NCBI GenBank assembly: GCA_964586985.1
Contig: CAZPJX010000001.1
Span: 1 to 62,780 of the forward strand
DNA length: 62,780 bases
Direction of reading: 5' to 3'
DNA from: an uncultured Gemmatimonas sp.
Lineage (GTDB): Bacteria; Gemmatimonadota; Gemmatimonadetes; Gemmatimonadales; Gemmatimonadaceae
Positions within the stretch are counted from its first letter, which is position 1, and every line of letters begins with the position of its first letter. Positions 57,632-62,780 of this stretch are shown here, piece by piece. Position numbers and translations under genes: made by a program. The notes below the pieces were generated by a model. That model saw nothing but the letters and a program-made list of their open reading frames with translations, made no database searches and was not told the DNA's origin.

Positions 57632-58329
57632 GGCTTGCCGAGGCTGAAGCCCGCGATGTGCGCGTCCGTGTTGTGCGCCATCCGGAAACCGACCATCCCA
57701 TCGGTGCTCTTGAGCTTGCCAGCCGTCACCAGCTCGGCCTTGCTGTAACTCGCCACTTCGGTGCCGTTGATGATGCACGACACCTTGTCTCCCTTCACCT
57801 GCATGGCGATTTCCTGGGTCACCGGCTTGCCCTTGGCTTCCGCCTTATGCACCGCCTCATTCGGGCCACCACGCGGGCCGTTCATCTGGAACGCCGTCGG
57901 ACCGAAGCCGCGCACGATGAAGGTGCCGTTGCCATAGGCGGCGCAGTACAAGTAGCTGTTGTTGTCCGTCCCCATGTCGTTCCCGGCAATCACAATTCCG
58001 TAGGGGTGCGGATGGGAGTTGAGACCCATGTACTCGCGCTCGGTGAATGTCGCCTTCACCACGTAGTCGCCCTTCCCGACCATGCCGGGGTTCCAGTAGG
58101 TGGTCGCAGGGCCGGTCGTGGCATGCATGCCGGGACCCATCGTGATGAACTTGGCGCTGTCGACACTCAGGCCGGCCTTGGCCTCCTTGTCATCGACCTT
58201 TCCTTTCCAGCCACTCACCTGAATGCCGCCCTTCACGGCGAGTGACTTGTCCTGCGCGTGGGCCACCTGGGGCACCATCGCCAGCGCGAAAACCGCAGCG
58301 AGGGCCGTGCCCTTCGTGAAACGCTTCAT
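57628..58329 (-). CDS. Hypothetical secreted beta-sandwich protein (concanavalin/DUF1080-like)
   Basis: AGGAG RBS, signal peptide ending AHAQ; beta-rich with GD.V...ING and G.VGFR..H pattern. Confidence 0.7.
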   Translation of the reverse strand: MKRFTKGTALAAVFALAMVPQVAHAQDKSLAVKGGIQVSGWKGKVDDKEAKAGLSVDSAKFITMGPGMHATTGPATTYWNPGMVGKGDYVVKATFTEREYMGLNSHPHPYGIVIAGNDMGTDNNSYLYCAAYGNGTFIVRGFGPTAFQMNGPRGGPNEAVHKAEAKGKPVTQEIAMQVKGDKVSCIINGTEVASYSKAELVTAGKLKSTDGMVGFRMAHNTDAHIAGFSLGKP

Positions 58330-58596
58330 CCGGCAACTCCTGAGCTGTGGAACGGGGGGGAGGATCGGAGCGACTCGGCCACGGAGCCGCTCGGCGGGAG
58401 CCTACAGTACACCTGTAATCGGGAATGTTTGCGAAAAACCCCCATTCGCGAAAGATCCCGGATCCCGTCATGACAATTTCCCGCTTCCGGGATTTCCCAA
58501 CGCAACGGGGGACTCCGGTTCCCCGGGTCCCCCGCCTGAACGCCCTCAGCTTGTCTTGCGCCTCGGCCTGACGCCCACCCGAGGCGGCGTGGACAC

Positions 58597-60081
<1,485 letters not shown>

Positions 60082-60083
60082 TC

Positions 60084-61511
60084 ATGGATACGTTTGAGCG
60101 CCCTCCGCGCGGCCCCGCCTCGGACCCATCTCCCTCTGCGGGTGCGCCGCCGCACACGGTTACCGGTCGCCATCTCCTGGTCTGCATTTCGGGGCCCGAC
60201 CTCCACAAGCGCATTCTGGTCGGTTCGGTGGACGTGCTGCTTGGTACGTCCGCCACCTGTGCCGTGCTCAGTGATGATCCGGAAGTCGTCGGCGCATTCG
60301 CACGCATTCGCCTCGAAGGCGGTCAGGTGCGTATCGATGCGCTCGGCACCCTCCCGATCTATATCGACGGCCACTCCGCCTCGACCGCCCTGGCCCGCGC
60401 GAAACAGCAGGTCCGCATCGGCCGCTCCCTCTGGGAAGTGCATATCGCCACACAGCCGGTCTCGGTCTTCGATTTCGTCAGTCGCATGGGGGATCATCTG
60501 TCCAACGCGGCCGGCATCGAGAAGCCCGCCGAATGGAATGCGGGCGATATGTTCGCCGATGTCACAAAGAGGCATGACAACAATGAGATAGAGGCAAACT
60601 TCACGGTCGGAACGGCGCTCACTACCCCCCAGCTCGGCGAAATTGACAGTCGCTGGCCAAGGCCCTGGCTGTTCGTGCGGGTCTGCCTGCTCTCTCTGGC
60701 GCTGTATTGGGGCTTTCTCTTCGCCTGGGACCGATTCGAGAATATGAATCTCATCCCCGGCCTGATCATGATCGGATCGGTTTCGATCCCGCTCTCGCTG
60801 CTGATTTTCTTCTTCGAAGTGAATGTGCCGCGCAATATTTCGCTGTATCAGGTCATTCGACTCCTGCTGATCGGCGGCCTGGTGTCGATCGTCATTTCCC
60901 TATTCCTCTTCGATTGGACGGAGGGACTGTCCAACTGGCTGGGTGCCGCAAGCGCTGGCATCGTCGAGGAAACCGGCAAGGTGGCCACGCTCCTGCTCGT
61001 GGTGCGTGAGAAGCGGTTTCGCTGGACGTTGAACGGTCTGCTACTTGGCGCCACAGTCGGTGCGGGGTTCGCCATCTTCGAATCGGCAGGGTATGCGCTG
61101 CGGGCCGCACTGGGTCCCGGTGGCGACGTGGCCATGCGCGACGTGATCATGCAGCGCGGTGTACTCGCACTTCTGGGGGGCCACGTGCTCTGGACCGGGC
61201 TGAGCGGCGCCGCACTCTGGCGAGTACGAGGGGATCGACCCTTCGATCGCTCGATGTTCGGCGATCCGCAGTTCCTGCGCGTCCTCGGCGTGTGCATGCT
61301 GCTGCACATGACCTGGAACGCCGACTTCGCGTTGCCGATCGTGGGTTACTACGGCAAGTACGCTGTGCTGGGTGCAGCCACCTGGCTCCTCGTGCTTGGC
61401 ATGGTGCAGAGTGGCCTCAAGCAGGTTCGGGAAGCGCAGGAGGAAGAGGCCATTCGACGGTCGGGGCAGATGGAGGCCAAAGTCATCCCTATCACGTCGG
61501 CTGGCGCCTGA
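60084..61511 (+). CDS. PrsW family intramembrane protease with N-terminal degenerate FHA-like domain
   Basis: PrsW motifs EETGK, GFAIFES, GHVLW and LHMTWN in a multi-TM domain; beta-rich N-terminal region. Confidence 0.85.
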   Translation: MDTFERPPRGPASDPSPSAGAPPHTVTGRHLLVCISGPDLHKRILVGSVDVLLGTSATCAVLSDDPEVVGAFARIRLEGGQVRIDALGTLPIYIDGHSASTALARAKQQVRIGRSLWEVHIATQPVSVFDFVSRMGDHLSNAAGIEKPAEWNAGDMFADVTKRHDNNEIEANFTVGTALTTPQLGEIDSRWPRPWLFVRVCLLSLALYWGFLFAWDRFENMNLIPGLIMIGSVSIPLSLLIFFFEVNVPRNISLYQVIRLLLIGGLVSIVISLFLFDWTEGLSNWLGAASAGIVEETGKVATLLLVVREKRFRWTLNGLLLGATVGAGFAIFESAGYALRAALGPGGDVAMRDVIMQRGVLALLGGHVLWTGLSGAALWRVRGDRPFDRSMFGDPQFLRVLGVCMLLHMTWNADFALPIVGYYGKYAVLGAATWLLVLGMVQSGLKQVREAQEEEAIRRSGQMEAKVIPITSAGA

Positions 61512-61647
61512 ACGGCAGCGCTGCGCCATCGGCCGGTACTCTGTCTGTCCGTAAACGGGCGGCCTCGGCACTGCGACAGCCTCGCGCTGGCACCGCCGTG
61601 CCCCGGAGCCGCTTGAGCTTCGCGGGTTTGGGCGATTGCTTCCGGGG

Positions 61648-62511
61648 ATGAACACAACACTCGCCCTCCCCACGCCGCTCGTGAGCACCGATTGGCTCGC
61701 GGCACATCTGCAGCATCCGACGCTCCGCCTACTGGATGCGAGCTGGTACATGCCCGCCTCTGGGCGCAAGGCGCAAAGCGAATATGCAGCGGGGCACATT
61801 CCCGGCGCCGTGTTCGCGGACATCGATTGGTTGAGCGAAGAGGGGGCACCATTTCCACACACCGTCCCTTCACCCGATGCGCTGGCGGTGAAACTTGGAA
61901 CGCTCGGCGTCGGCAGCGCGCATGCCATTGTCGTGTACGATGGATCCGGGCAGCATTTCAGTGCACCGCGTCTCTGGTACATGATTCGGGCGCTTGGCCA
62001 TACGAACGTCGCCGTGCTCGACGGGGGATTGGTGCGATGGCGCGCTGAAGGACGCCCGGTCACCGATGCCAGTGAAGAGCCGCGTGCGGCCACCTTCACG
62101 GCCAACCCGGACCTGGCGCGGTGGCGTGATCTGACGGCCATGCGCGGCAACATCGATGCATCGACCGAGCAGGTCGTCGATGCGCGTTCACCGGGCCGCT
62201 TCAGCGCCGCAGAACCCGAGCCACGCGCCGGGGTGCGCGGCGGACACATTCCGGGCGCGCGCAACGTGCATTATGCCACACTCGTGGATGCGGACGGGCT
62301 CCTGCTGTCGCCTGAGTTGCTGCGGGCCCAGTTCGCAAAGCAGGGCGTCCAGCTCGACACCCCGATTGTTTGCAGTTGTGGCAGCGGTGTCACGGCCTGT
62401 GCCGTGGCCCTCGGACTCGAAGTGGCCGGTGCCCGGCAGGTAGCGGTCTACGATGGAAGCTGGACCGAGTGGGGCAGCCAAGCGGATACGCCCGTCTCAA
62501 CGGGTGTATAG
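61648..62511 (+). CDS. sseA: 3-mercaptopyruvate sulfurtransferase (tandem rhodanese)
   Basis: VSTDWL, LDASW, GHIPGA twice, CGSGVTA active site and YDGSWTEWG. Confidence 0.93.
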   Translation: MNTTLALPTPLVSTDWLAAHLQHPTLRLLDASWYMPASGRKAQSEYAAGHIPGAVFADIDWLSEEGAPFPHTVPSPDALAVKLGTLGVGSAHAIVVYDGSGQHFSAPRLWYMIRALGHTNVAVLDGGLVRWRAEGRPVTDASEEPRAATFTANPDLARWRDLTAMRGNIDASTEQVVDARSPGRFSAAEPEPRAGVRGGHIPGARNVHYATLVDADGLLLSPELLRAQFAKQGVQLDTPIVCSCGSGVTACAVALGLEVAGARQVAVYDGSWTEWGSQADTPVSTGV

Positions 62512-62561
62512 CAATCCTGGCCGAGTTAATTGCACAATTCTGATGATCAGGAGTGCGCCGG

Positions 62562-62780
62562 ATGTATGCCCATTCGTTGCCGGGACAGCCCACAACCGAG
62601 TGGGAGCTGTTGAGCACACACAGCGCTGCAGTCGCACACCGCGCTGAGGAGTTCGCCCATCCTTTTGGCTTTGGGATGGCAGGCCGGGCAGAGGGAATTC
62701 TCCATGATATCGGCAAGGCAGCTGACGCAACCCAGGCGTACCTCTCGTCACCACCGGTGACCGGCAAGAAGGGTCCGGAT
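62562..62780 (+). CDS. cas3: CRISPR-associated Cas3 HD nuclease N-terminus (type I-C-like), truncated by the window end
   Basis: AGGAG RBS at 62549-62553. Hand translation MYAHSLPGQPTTEWELLSTHSAAVAHRAEEFAHPFGFGMAGRAEGILHDIGKAADATQAYLSSPPVTGKKGPD shows YAHS..W..L..H...VA..A..FA and LHDIGK. Confidence 0.85.
   Translation, partial: MYAHSLPGQPTTEWELLSTHSAAVAHRAEEFAHPFGFGMAGRAEGILHDIGKAADATQAYLSSPPVTGKKGPD

Noticed and set aside
62390-62767. Minus-strand ORFs listed at the right edge
   Set aside because: The plus-strand frame from 62562 has an RBS and clear Cas3 HD motifs, so these are shadow ORFs.

Overview
GC-rich bacterial chromosomal segment. Gene content and protein styles suggest Gemmatimonadota (Gemmatimonas-like); this is an inference, not a database hit. 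The left edge holds accessory/defence genes: a 5'-truncated beta-class (type III Mod-like) DNA methyltransferase with an AT-richer target-recognition region, a DUF433/PIN (VapBC45-like) toxin-antitoxin pair, a SEC-C protein and an orphan plasmid-type RepA. The core carries secreted peptidases (S51, S41, M28, M20, an M16 pair), a MarR/YceI redox module, an arg cluster (argD-argB-argC, divergent argR-argH, ARG boxes; argG lies separately), ispG and murB. It also has a blue-copper lipoprotein with a Rex-like box, and a complete his operon with an unannotated His-rich leader peptide/attenuator and a HisD-HisC fusion. An uncharacterised dihaem DUF1592 / DUF1552 / ankyrin operon and a degenerate-FHA PrsW protease follow. 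The last 219 bases, absent from the ORF track, encode the N-terminus of a Cas3 HD nuclease (type I-C-like), so a CRISPR-Cas locus probably starts at the right edge. No rRNA, tRNA, CRISPR array or transposase was seen. All family assignments come from motif recognition; no searches were run.
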